From Candidatus Saccharimonadota bacterium (GTDB lineage Bacteria > Patescibacteriota > Saccharimonadia > Saccharimonadales > UBA10212): a DNA stretch of 64,000 nucleotides. Location of the stretch: the NCBI GenBank assembly GCA_013815775.1, contig JACDFN010000003.1, positions 14,354 to 78,353 on the forward strand, in the 5' to 3' direction. Made by a program: the position numbers and the translations under genes. Numbering within the stretch: the stretch's first letter is position 1; each line of letters opens with the position of its first letter. Below, in pieces: positions 1 to 9,400 of this stretch. A model generated the notes under the pieces. It saw only the letters and a program-made list of their open reading frames with translations. It did not search any database and was not told where the DNA came from.

Positions 1-1
1 T

Positions 2-244
2 AAACCTAGCCAGCAGCTTCTAGCCTTGCACACAAAGACCCTAGACTGGCTAGCTACACTTCAGGCGCATTGGGCCGTAAATAGGCCTCATGTTGCCGAA
101 GAGTATAAACCTCATATTCGTCGGCGGCCCGGGTACAACCTATCATATGGAGCTAAACTGCGCATAGATTCACTTAGTCTTGTTAAAGCCTACAGACGGG
201 GGGACGATTTTCGTATCGTGGCAAGCAAGGTTAGTTTTTCATGA
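2..244 (+). CDS. 3' end of an unidentified gene entering from the left edge
   Basis: The frame is open from nt 2 to TGA at 242-244. The stop overlaps the next ATG (ATGA), implying co-transcription. No motif recognised. Confidence 0.35.
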   Translation, partial: KPSQQLLALHTKTLDWLATLQAHWAVNRPHVAEEYKPHIRRRPGYNLSYGAKLRIDSLSLVKAYRRGDDFRIVASKVSFS

Positions 245-966
245 AAAAGACTAGACTTGACATGGCTATGGTAACAAGAGGGATTGTAAAAACCCGAAGT
301 CAAGCGGAGAGCTACGTAAAGCTTGGAAAGGTAAAAATAGACGGTCAAATAGTCACTAAACCTGGTTATTTTGTGGGGTCTAACAGCGAGATATCGTTAA
401 GCCAGGAGGAGCTGTATGTATCCCGAGCGGCTTTGAAGCTGGCCAGTGTAGCACGACAACTGAATCTAAATTTTCAAGATAAAATAGTTCTGGATGTTGG
501 CAGTAGTACAGGGGGGTTTACCGATTATGCAATTAAGCACGGAGCGGCTAAAGTTATTGCCGTTGACGTTGGAACCGAGCAGATGCACCCTAACTTACGG
601 AATAATTCGAAGGTTGAGCTTCATGAAAAAACGGATATCCGAAATCTGTCAAAACCAACACAGGGGGTTGATATCGTTCTTATAGATGTAAGCTTTATTT
701 CACTGAAAGAAGTGCTACCAGCAGTTGCCGGGTTGGTAGGCAAAAATACTCAAATAGTTGCTATGTGTAAGCCACAGTTTGAAGCTGGAATGGCAGACAT
801 TAATAAAGGCATCATAAAAAATGATACTATTCGCAGAAAAATTTTAAGTGGTTTTGAAGATTGGGTTAAAAAATTGTTCATTATTGCGGACAAAGCCGAA
901 AGTAAAGTTAGCGGCGCCAAGGGAAATTTGGAAAAATTTTATCTATTAAAAAAGCGGCTAAAGTAG
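241..966 (+). CDS. tlyA: TlyA-family rRNA 2'-O-methyltransferase (S4 domain + FtsJ-like MTase)
   Basis: N-terminal S4-like segment RLDMAMVTRGIVKTRSQAESYVKLGKVKIDG. SAM-binding motif LDVGSSTGGFTDY. Length 241 aa. Confidence 0.8.
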   Translation: MKKTRLDMAMVTRGIVKTRSQAESYVKLGKVKIDGQIVTKPGYFVGSNSEISLSQEELYVSRAALKLASVARQLNLNFQDKIVLDVGSSTGGFTDYAIKHGAAKVIAVDVGTEQMHPNLRNNSKVELHEKTDIRNLSKPTQGVDIVLIDVSFISLKEVLPAVAGLVGKNTQIVAMCKPQFEAGMADINKGIIKNDTIRRKILSGFEDWVKKLFIIADKAESKVSGAKGNLEKFYLLKKRLK

Positions 967-969
967 TTT

Positions 970-1207
970 TAAGGGGTTGACTTTAAGCACTAGGGGTTGA
1001 TAAGGTAGTTCGTACGGCAACCGCCAGACCGATCCATGTTTCTAACAAAGGGGTAACTACCCCACCCAACGTAGGAAACGCGGACCTCGAGCCTAGTCGC
1101 TAAGGATTATTCTTGGCAGCAAGGATGGCTCGCAAACTGGCAAGTCGGGAAACAAGGCAACTAAGAAGTTAAAGTTGTAGTACCTACTCAAGGACGGTGA
1201 CTCTACG
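970..1207 (+). promoter_or_regulatory. Long GC-rich 5' leader of the Rpf-like gene; possible riboswitch, class unverified
   Basis: About 240 nt without an ORF lie ahead of 1208. The leader contains GGGGUUGAUAAGG, ACGGCAACC and GGGGUAACUACCCCACCCAACG blocks that loosely recall ydaO-type elements. Confidence 0.25.
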
Positions 1208-1870
1208 ATGCAAGGCACACGGTGCTTTTTCGTGACGAGTATTCTGGCCATTTCGAGCGTTTTAGCTGTCTTGGGGCTTGCACCCACGGCACAGGCCAAG
1301 AGCTCGGTTACTACTCGAATCGCAAAGGTCGAGAAACAAATCGAGAAACTCGAGAAACAACAGCACAAGCACCAAAGCGTGGTTAGGTTTTTCAGCAACA
1401 AAGAACGTCGCTGGATGCTTTACCCGAATCAACAGGCAAAACCTTGTTGGAAGGTGAACCCCCGCGGACCGCTCAAGTTATGCACGGTTGCCCGCGGAGC
1501 TGTACGTGCACACGTAAGGCAGTTAGCTTCGGTTCAGGCAAAAATCGAGCATCTCAAGTCGCTACTGCTGGATACCGGCAACGAGGCAAACTGGAGTTGT
1601 ATTCACCGCTACGAGAGGCATCCGAGACAAGGCTGGGCAACGCGCACTGGCAACGGGTACTACGGTGGCTTGCAGATGGATATCTCATTCCAGAGCACCT
1701 ATGGCCCGCATGTGCTCGGCTATCCCGATTCGGAAACGATGTTCCGGAAAAAGGGAACAGCTAACAAGTGGAGTAGTCGTGAGCAGATGGCGGTGGCGGA
1801 ATACGCCCGCCAATCCGGTCGCGGGTACTATCCTTGGCCGAATTCAGCCCGGACTTGCGGACTTATTTAG
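1208..1870 (+). CDS. Secreted Rpf-like (transglycosylase-like) muralytic protein
   Basis: Signal peptide ending AQA/KSS. C-terminal NWSCIHRYE...TGNGYYGGLQMD...WPNSARTCGL resembles the Rpf pattern W..CES..W..NTGNGYYGGLQF...WP.C..GL. G+C is about 60 % or more. Confidence 0.6.
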   Translation: MQGTRCFFVTSILAISSVLAVLGLAPTAQAKSSVTTRIAKVEKQIEKLEKQQHKHQSVVRFFSNKERRWMLYPNQQAKPCWKVNPRGPLKLCTVARGAVRAHVRQLASVQAKIEHLKSLLLDTGNEANWSCIHRYERHPRQGWATRTGNGYYGGLQMDISFQSTYGPHVLGYPDSETMFRKKGTANKWSSREQMAVAEYARQSGRGYYPWPNSARTCGLI

Positions 1871-1888
1871 CCACTTATTCCCGAAAAG

Positions 1889-1915
1889 GTAGGGAGCCCC
1901 ATGGGGCTCCCTACC
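1889..1915. terminator. Perfect GC-rich palindrome between convergent genes (bidirectional terminator candidate)
   Basis: ggtagggagcccc/atg/gggctccctacc forms 13-bp arms. It sits between the stop at 1870 (+) and the stop at 1952 (-). Confidence 0.7.
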
Positions 1916-1951
1916 AACCGTCAATTTAATATGGCGGTTGCCGAGACAAAT

Positions 1952-2599
1952 CTATAAATAAGACTTAAGGCCTTCAAGGTCTTTTAGGACAATAGTTGCT
2001 CGCTGATTACTTATTAAGCCTTTTCTTTCTAAAACTCCTAGCTCGCGGCTAGCAGTTTCCCGGCTGGCATTAATAGAGCTAGCAATGTCTTGATGCCTTA
2101 GGGGCACGTCGATACTGAGCCCCTCCTCTGTTTCATTACCGAAACGCTCAGACATGGTGAGTAAGAATGATATTAATCGCTCTCGCACTGTTCGGTACTC
2201 AAGGTTTAAGATTCTCTGGGAGTGGATTCTATACATTTCAGTGACCATATCAAGAAGAGGAGGTAGGGCAGTGGTATGACTGCGCAGATAGTCTAAATAC
2301 TTCTGCTGGTCTACCCTCCAAAGGCTTGTTGGTACAAGAGCTTGGTAAATAATATCTTTCTCTTCTCCAGTCAGAGTCAGTATAAGCGGGAATATTTCGT
2401 GGCTTTTACGAATAATAAGCAGATTTTCTTCGCCATATTTGCTGATATTGAAGGCTTTGACCAGTCCTTCCTCTATATAATAAACGTGGCTGGGGGTCTC
2501 GCCAGGACGAATTATGAACTCACCCTTTTTATAGGTTAGCTTCGAGCCTTCTTTAAAAAGCCCAACTAGTGCCGCAACCTGCCTCTCGTTCGCTAGCAT
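1952..2599 (-). CDS. Crp/Fnr-family transcriptional regulator (cNMP-binding + HTH)
   Basis: The beta-roll segment FIIRPGETPSHVYYIEEGLVKAF is present. The C-terminal HTH reads HQDIASSINASRETASRELGVLERKGLI. Confidence 0.8.
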   Translation of the reverse strand: MLANERQVAALVGLFKEGSKLTYKKGEFIIRPGETPSHVYYIEEGLVKAFNISKYGEENLLIIRKSHEIFPLILTLTGEEKDIIYQALVPTSLWRVDQQKYLDYLRSHTTALPPLLDMVTEMYRIHSQRILNLEYRTVRERLISFLLTMSERFGNETEEGLSIDVPLRHQDIASSINASRETASRELGVLERKGLISNQRATIVLKDLEGLKSYL

Positions 2600-2608
2600 A
2601 CCTATATC

Positions 2609-2640
2609 TTGTCACATTTTTCCTAAACGTAAAATGTGAT
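2609..2640. promoter_or_regulatory. Inverted repeat in the divergent promoter region (candidate operator)
   Basis: TGTCACATTTT-N10-AAAATGTGATA, with 10 of 11 arm positions complementary and TGTGA/TCACA-like half-sites. It lies 10 nt upstream of the Crp-like gene. Confidence 0.4.
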
Positions 2641-2729
2641 AAAAGTCTTGTCAAATAAGTGCTGAAAATTACTGACTTTTCAGAGGGGTAAGTTCATGAT
2701 GGGAGTATGAGGTAGGGAGAAAATCGCGC

Positions 2730-3341
2730 ATGGTACACCTAAGTATTATCGAGGCAAGGTTATCACATCTAGGCGTAAATATTAGCAGATGGTTTAGGGC
2801 CGAGATAAGGGAATTGCAGCATATACTTATGGATCATGAGCGAATTGTAGCCGTCGTTTGCGGTCGCTACTTTGGCGGCTACGCAATATTAGTAGCTACT
2901 GATCAGAGATTACTGCTCATAGATAAGAAAACCCTTTTTATGACGGTTGAAGACATTCGTTACGATATGATTTCTGAAATAGACTATAGTTCGCGCTTAT
3001 TTGATTCGACGCTAACCATTTTTACGATCAATAAACAGCACCGCTTTACCAGTATGAAATACAGGCAACAGCTTCGTACTCTTACTAATTATGTTCAGCA
3101 AAGGGTTATGGAACTTAGGCACTACGGTCAAGCACCAGAATTTCAGCAATCCAACCAGAACCCTAGGCTCGAGCCATCTACGTATCGCCCCCAAATCACT
3201 CAGGCTCCCTCCGCCCAACGCTCCGCTGACATCCATCAAATAATGGGGGCAGCTGCTCTGCACGATTCGCCGCGAACCAGCCTAAACCCTTATGGCAGAG
3301 TATCTCTTATGACACGAAGACAAATATCCCGAACGCCCTGA
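2730..3341 (+). CDS. Bacterial PH-domain (YokE/bPH-like) protein with a Pro/Gln-rich tail
   Basis: The core ERIVAVVCGRYFGGYAILVATDQRLLLIDKK...STLTIFT is typical of bPH domains. Confidence 0.5.
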   Translation: MVHLSIIEARLSHLGVNISRWFRAEIRELQHILMDHERIVAVVCGRYFGGYAILVATDQRLLLIDKKTLFMTVEDIRYDMISEIDYSSRLFDSTLTIFTINKQHRFTSMKYRQQLRTLTNYVQQRVMELRHYGQAPEFQQSNQNPRLEPSTYRPQITQAPSAQRSADIHQIMGAAALHDSPRTSLNPYGRVSLMTRRQISRTP

Positions 3342-3429
3342 TTACGAAATAAGACGCGCTTTTTGTAACTTTTCACTAAAAGAGGGAAAAGGTGTAATTA
3401 ATTTGCAGGCTGAATTTGGGCAGGGGAGG

Positions 3430-4503
3430 CTATACGTTGAAACGAAATTCAACCACATCGTTCGGCTTCATAATATAAGTTTTACCCTCGGTCCTAACTT
3501 TACCAGCTGCTCGGGCGGCAGCTTCTGAGCCAGCAGATAGTAGGTCATTATAGTCAATTACTTGGGCTGCAATAAAACCCCGTTGAAAATCGGTGTGAAT
3601 TACCCCCGCCGCCTCCGGAGCAGTAGCTCCTTCCCGCACAGTCCACGCTCTAACCTCTTGCTCACCAGCAGTTAAAAAGCTTTGTAATCCCAGTTGCTCA
3701 TAAGCAGCGTGTATCAGCTGTATGAGTCCGCTTTCATCCTGCCCGTAACTGGCTAAAAGTTCTTTTCGGTCACCTTCATCTAAACCGCGGAGTTCACTCT
3801 CTAGCTTCGCACAAACAAAAATAGCTTTGCTGGGCTCTACTAACTGCTGGAGCTGTTTTTTATAAGCCCCGTCACTCATATTTTTCTCATCTAGATTAAA
3901 CACGTAAAGGGTAGGTTTTGCGCTTAGTAGTTGAAGGTCCTCGATATGAGTAAGGTCTATATCATTGCCTCTGGAAAGGGGTAACCCTGCTTTAAGGTTG
4001 CTCTGTACATTAATTAATGTCTCTAACTGGGGTTTGAGTTTTGGATCGGCACGGACTTCTTTTTCCAAACGTGGCAGGCGCTTTTCTATCGTTTGTAAAT
4101 CTGCCAGCGCCAACTCGGTATTTATAATTTCAATGTCAGCTTTTGGTTCGGTAGATCCGGCCCGGGTAACATCCCCATCCTGAAACGCCCTTACTAAATG
4201 GCAAATAGCAATAGTGCTACGAATATGAGCTAAAAATTGATTGCCTAGTCCCTCGCCCTTCGATGCACCTTCAACAAGCCCGGCAATATCAACAAAAGTT
4301 ACGGTTGCTGGAACTATTTTTTTAGTGCCGTAAATATCTGCAAGCTTTTGAAGCCGCGGATCAGGTATAGGTACAATGCCGGTGTTTGGTTCAATGGTGG
4401 CAAAAGGGTAGTTGGCCGACAATGCTCTAGCGTCTGTAAGAGCGTTAAATAAAGTCGACTTACCGACATTGGGCAAGCCAACGATGCCTATAGATAAACT
4501 CAC
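3430..4503 (-). CDS. ychF: Ribosome-binding ATPase YchF (Obg-like GTPase family)
   Basis: G1 motif GIVGLPNVGKSTLFNALT. The C-terminal TGS-like end reads MKPNDVVEFRFNV. Length 357 aa. Confidence 0.9.
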   Translation of the reverse strand: MSLSIGIVGLPNVGKSTLFNALTDARALSANYPFATIEPNTGIVPIPDPRLQKLADIYGTKKIVPATVTFVDIAGLVEGASKGEGLGNQFLAHIRSTIAICHLVRAFQDGDVTRAGSTEPKADIEIINTELALADLQTIEKRLPRLEKEVRADPKLKPQLETLINVQSNLKAGLPLSRGNDIDLTHIEDLQLLSAKPTLYVFNLDEKNMSDGAYKKQLQQLVEPSKAIFVCAKLESELRGLDEGDRKELLASYGQDESGLIQLIHAAYEQLGLQSFLTAGEQEVRAWTVREGATAPEAAGVIHTDFQRGFIAAQVIDYNDLLSAGSEAAARAAGKVRTEGKTYIMKPNDVVEFRFNV

Positions 4504-4537
4504 TACATTAGTCTAACAGAGGTGCTACAATCGTCAT

Positions 4538-5071
4538 ATGACTAGTTACGTGGCTCTTTTGAGAGGTGTTAACGTTGGCGGCAGAATTATTAAGATGGAA
4601 GAGATAAAGAACTGCTTTGAAGACATGGGATATACCAACGTTTCAACAGTGCTGCAAACTGGTAACGTCTTATTTGACGCAAACCCCACTAGCTCAGAGG
4701 ATATGAGAAATGAGATTGAAATGATTGTTGGCAGCACCTTTAACTACCCAGCCAAAGTTCAGATATATAATCTGGATGAGGTCATTAGAATAACTAAAGC
4801 ATATCCATTTAATCGCTCTAAAAAAACCTTTCAGCACTACGTTGTCTTTTTGGACAATAGCAAAGCACGTCAGCTGGCCCGCGAACCGATGAGTCTTGAT
4901 GACAAGGTTGAAAAAATTCAAAAGGGAGACAAAGTTATTTATTGGATGGTTAAAAAAGGTATGACTACCAAAAGTCTTTTTTCAAAATTTCTACTTAAGC
5001 CGCAGTACAAGCAGAGCAATACGGTTCGAAACATTAACACACTCCAAAAGCTAGAAAATAAACATAAATAA
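4538..5071 (+). CDS. DUF1697-family protein
   Basis: The N-terminal signature YVALLRGVNVGGRIIKMEEIK is present. Length 177 aa. Confidence 0.65.
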   Translation: MTSYVALLRGVNVGGRIIKMEEIKNCFEDMGYTNVSTVLQTGNVLFDANPTSSEDMRNEIEMIVGSTFNYPAKVQIYNLDEVIRITKAYPFNRSKKTFQHYVVFLDNSKARQLAREPMSLDDKVEKIQKGDKVIYWMVKKGMTTKSLFSKFLLKPQYKQSNTVRNINTLQKLENKHK

Positions 5072-5131
5072 TAACTAAAGCATAAGCAATTGCTTTTTCA
5101 CCTCTGTTAGTGTATTACTAAGTTAGCTCTC

Positions 5132-5155
5132 AGGGCGCCCAGTCCTGGGTGCCCT
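5132..5155 (+). terminator. GC-rich hairpin after the DUF1697 gene; left border of GC islet 2
   Basis: AGGGCGCCCA-gtcc-TGGGTGCCCT forms a 10-bp stem with one G.U pair, followed by tttaactcttt. Confidence 0.5.
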
Positions 5156-5197
5156 TTAACTCTTTGACGTCTAGCCACTCATACAAGGGGAGGCAAC

Positions 5198-5689
5198 ATG
5201 CTCGCGAAGCAAAGGCTTTTGTGGGCAGGCCTTACGGCTTGCTTGCTGGCCCTCATTCCGGTCGGTTTTGGGTCTGCCCAGGTCCAGGCAGAGTACCCGG
5301 CCATTCCTCTGACAGGCTGGGCCGGCCCGGGCTCTGATGCCAGAATTGGCATGACCGTCCCGGTGCAATACCAGGTAAGACCAGAACCAAAAGTCACTGA
5401 CTTGATCATTAGTCTCAAGCTGCCTTCGCAGCTGCGACTGATGAAGGTGACCATCAACGGCAAGCCTGTCTCGTTCATCGCTGAAGCAGACCTGTTCACG
5501 TGGAGGCTCGTCGGCCCCAAGACCAAGAGGCCGCTCATCCGAAACGTTGTGATCATGAGCTTGCAGCTCAAGCGCAAGTGCCCCAACGGTGGGGCGTGTG
5601 TTACAAACATGGTGAACAGGTTCAAGACACGCGGCTCAAACATCTGGCAGGAACAGATGTCACCGTACCAGTTCATAGTTCGCAAGTAA
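5198..5689 (+). CDS. Secreted protein of unknown function (GC islet 2)
   Basis: Strong SD AAGGGGAGG lies 6 nt before the ATG. Signal peptide ...GFGSAQVQA/EYP. G+C is about 60-70 % against about 25-40 % in the flanks. Confidence 0.55.
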   Translation: MLAKQRLLWAGLTACLLALIPVGFGSAQVQAEYPAIPLTGWAGPGSDARIGMTVPVQYQVRPEPKVTDLIISLKLPSQLRLMKVTINGKPVSFIAEADLFTWRLVGPKTKRPLIRNVVIMSLQLKRKCPNGGACVTNMVNRFKTRGSNIWQEQMSPYQFIVRK

Positions 5690-5810
5690 CCATCCTCAAG
5701 ACGTCATCTCCGAGGCGCCCCGGCTGAAATTTCAGGCCGGGGCACCTCGAAAAAACTTATTAAATTAGAACCGTCTCCGTGATTCAATGATTTTTGGCAC
5801 ATTCAAACTG

Positions 5811-5839
5811 TTGCGATAAACTTCTAATGTACCTATAAT
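5811..5839 (+). promoter_or_regulatory. Sigma70-like promoter of the pilus locus
   Basis: TTGCGA (5811-5816), a 17-nt spacer, then TATAAT (5834-5839). The ATG at 5848 is only 8 nt after the -10 box. Confidence 0.5.
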
Positions 5840-5847
5840 GCTTACGT

Positions 5848-6456
5848 ATGAGGCTATCAAAGCCACAGTGGAATAATTATCTCTTTAGATTAAGAGAATT
5901 CTATAATCGTGGGACCACCAAAAGAAGATACCTGTTAAAAGTGCTTACCGCCCTTATTGTAATTTTATTAGTCTTTGGAGTTTGGGTGGTCTTTTTTAAA
6001 GATAAAAAAATACCTGTATATGTACAGCCCGACCAGGCGTCTGACTCTGCCATTGAATCGTACAAGAACTCTAACGATACCGAAGATTTACGTAGCCTTT
6101 CAAGTGTATACGTCGGGGCCAATAAATACCCCGAAGCTGTTGAAGTTGCCCGCAAAGTAGCTCTAAAAACAGGAGAAGTCATGGACTATATGACCCTGTT
6201 GAACATTTGCGCAATTTATAACGTTCCTACTAAGCAAGCTTGTCTGGAGGAGGTTGCCGCCAAACTAAAACCACAGCTCGGTAAATTATCTTTTTATAAC
6301 GCCTACACTGCCGGGAGGCTTTATGACAAATCCGGGGATACAAAAAATGCCGTAATATTCTATCAGCGGGCTTACGACGTTTATGATGTTAACCGGGCTG
6401 ACGAATACATTAAAACTAAAGAAGAACTAAAGAAGCGCATAGATGAGTTATCGTAG
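5848..6456 (+). CDS. Membrane-anchored TPR-like protein, first gene of the pilus locus
   Basis: One N-terminal TM helix (LLKVLTALIVILLVFGVWVVFF). TPR-like helices follow (AYTAGRLYDKSGDTKNAVIFYQRAYDVYD). The gene overlaps the next by 14 nt. Confidence 0.45.
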   Translation: MRLSKPQWNNYLFRLREFYNRGTTKRRYLLKVLTALIVILLVFGVWVVFFKDKKIPVYVQPDQASDSAIESYKNSNDTEDLRSLSSVYVGANKYPEAVEVARKVALKTGEVMDYMTLLNICAIYNVPTKQACLEEVAAKLKPQLGKLSFYNAYTAGRLYDKSGDTKNAVIFYQRAYDVYDVNRADEYIKTKEELKKRIDELS

Positions 6457-9400
6457 AAAGACTTTAACTGGTTGGGGGATAAAAGGGTTCGGAGCCACAG
6501 TTCTGGGGTTGTTATTATTTGTTTTACTACACAATCCTGCTAGCGCCCAGCAAACAACAGGTGTCCCCATACCTAATAACTTTCTACCTAGGTCACAAGA
6601 TTTTTCCCAAGGAAACGGTGTTTATTTAATAACGGCCATTTACGGTACTGATTATGTTCTGCGTGCCCCTACGTCTACGGTTCGCTTTTATTCTCCAAAT
6701 TCGAGCAACACTATAAATATTGTGGACGGCGGCCATTGCATAGGTTCCGGGCCAGACAGGGGGCCAAACAACGCCGAAGCAGAAACTATCTATAGAGTTT
6801 GGCCACTGTCGCCCGATAATACACCAGCCAATTATAATAACACCCCATTCAATCCCAGAACGGGTCCTGCGCCTTTTGAGGTTTCCAGCAAAACCATCGG
6901 CTGTCAGGCTAGTTATCAATTTAACTTTAATAGTGGTGGTTTTAGTGAGGTAAATCTTGGTCCAGCCGAGGGAAAGTACGCCTTTGAGATAGAAGCCACT
7001 ATGACCGGACCTCAGGGCTGGAACATGTTCAAATACAACGTTGTGTCGGGCGGCGGAAGGTTTAGTTATTACGCCGGGTCGGGGGACAAGTTTGGCCTAA
7101 AAGATGATAGTCCCGGGCTACCGCCAAGCGGTGAACGTGGGAATTTTGCGCTGGGTTTTGCGCCTGGCTGCGCAGTAGCTAATAACGACGCCAGAAGTAT
7201 AACTCTAAAGTGGTTTGATGCTGATGCCGGAGAACCTAACCAAAGAGTTAATGCGTCTGATAATAAGGTAAGGACTCGGCTTGTTGAATACGATACTGCC
7301 GGCAATCCAACCGGCAGGAATATTCCTATTTCTGTAGCTCCATCAGTGGGTGATGCTCCAGGAGGCGGAATTTTAGACATTAAGACGGGCGATGACGTAT
7401 CGGGTCAAGCTCAGATTTCAATACTAGGATACCGCAAGTATAAGTGGGTTTGGGAAAATGTCCACAGCACAAACGGAGTTCAGTTCCAGCTGCCATACGA
7501 CAGTTACAATACTCTTATAGATTTTACAAAGGATTGTGCTACAGAAACTACAAACGCTTCATGTAAAGGCATTCCAACCAACTCAAAACAGGTTGCTATA
7601 GGAGGTGGTACAACCATAAAGATTAGGGCCACCAACACAGGCACCACTAACTGGAATACCCAATTTGCTCTTAGACAGGTTGATCCCGGTGGAGCTAATC
7701 TATTTATGCCCAACGTGGTGGCACCTGGGCAATTTAGAGAGTTTACCTTTAATATAAACGCCAGAACTACAGCCCAAACCGTTGTATTTAAATATAGTAT
7801 GTTTAATGCCAGCGGCATCAGGTTCCCGAGTCAGCCTGACCCGCTGTGTACCGTTACCGTTCAATGGACCAACAGCCCCAACAGCCGGTGGGGAATAATT
7901 GAAGCTAATTGTTCAACCCTGACCTATACCGGCAACCACTTCACTAAAGATGCCAGCGGCAATGTAGCAAATGGTCCGCCACGCAGCTTCACTACTTTTG
8001 CAGGCAGCGATAACGCCACCGAGTTTGGACCCGGCGAATACGTGAAGGTTGCAGTTACCCGCGCCGTTAATACTTCTGGAATGAGTGCCGGTGATGCCAA
8101 TGCCGCCCAACTTACAACCAATGACCCCGGCTATGTCCTATGGGTTAAAGTGCAAAATTCTGGTGATACAGTCAGCTTAATACCACTCGCAGCGGACGGT
8201 TCTTTACCAGATTTGTTTGGCCCGACGCCCGAAGGCTTACGCCCCCAGTATGGTTATACGTTTATCTTAAGTCTTTATAACACTAACGACCCCGGCGAGA
8301 ACAACAGCTCTGAAATTGCCACTACCACCCTGGAGCCCTGTTGGCGGCCGATTGAATGCAGCAGCTTGTCGTATACCGACTATGAACCGGGGCAGACATT
8401 GAATTCTACCTATTCATTCCTGTTTGGTTTAGCAGACAACGGTGATCCGGTAAAGACCAGCCAGTCAGTTGAACGGGACTTAATAAATGTAAGCGGTGAC
8501 CCCAGAGGCAATACCAAAGGCAATTACGCTATAGAAACCATTTTCCAGCCGGGAATCTCCGGAACCTTTATTAGCCCTAACCCAGTCGACTCTATAAGCG
8601 GTAACGGTGATTCTACGGTACAGGTGAAGATGAGCTTGACTGTAGAGTATACCGGCAAAGTTATAGTGCGCTTTAAGTACGGTAATAACCAAACGAATGC
8701 TACTTTGAAACAATGTGAGCAAGAAGTAACCCCACGTACGCGGCCTTACTTAAGAGTCAACCAAGGTGATGTACACACCGGTGGGGCATTTAGAAAACCA
8801 GACGGTAACTGCCCGACTGTAACCGAAGCAGGTTTTGTATCTCCGGCAACCGGTAATAAAAATTCCGGCGGGATTCGAACATTTGGTAACCCGGCCAGCA
8901 GGTTGGGCTCAAGAGTCGATTTTGCGGCCCTGGCATTGGGCTTAATTGACGGATCTTCAGGAGGACCGCCCCTTGGCTTTAGCAGCGCAGTACTTAATCC
9001 GTCTGTTAACTATGAGTATCTTGATTTTGCCAACACCACCTCAGATGAGCTGGGCGGACTACTAGGGGGAGATAATGGCTCAACAACCTTTAATATTGCT
9101 CACTGCATACCCAACTACTTTTACTCAACCCCAAAAATATTAGAGGCCAATAGAGTTTATGAGCCGGAAGATAAATTAATTCTGAACCCTGGCAAAAACG
9201 GCCAATATTATTACCAAACTGCTCCAGGCGTTCCGTACTTAAATCTGGGATCCAATGGTCCCAATTTGGTGGGCAATGGTGACCGGGTTACCTTTTACGT
9301 TAAAGGTGACGTCTATATAACAAAAAATATTGACTACCAAAATAACTGGACTATAACCACTACCTCAAACACCATTCCTTATTTTGCGCTGATAGTTGAG

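Noticed and set aside
5179-5685. 168-aa ORF antisense to the secreted-protein gene of islet 2; also alternative-frame ORFs 1093-1401, 1444-1764, 1665-1892, 5149-5337, 5171-5368 and 5500-5727
   Set aside because: High-GC DNA produces long stop-free shadow frames. The chosen frames have SD sequences and signal peptides, and the shadows have neither.
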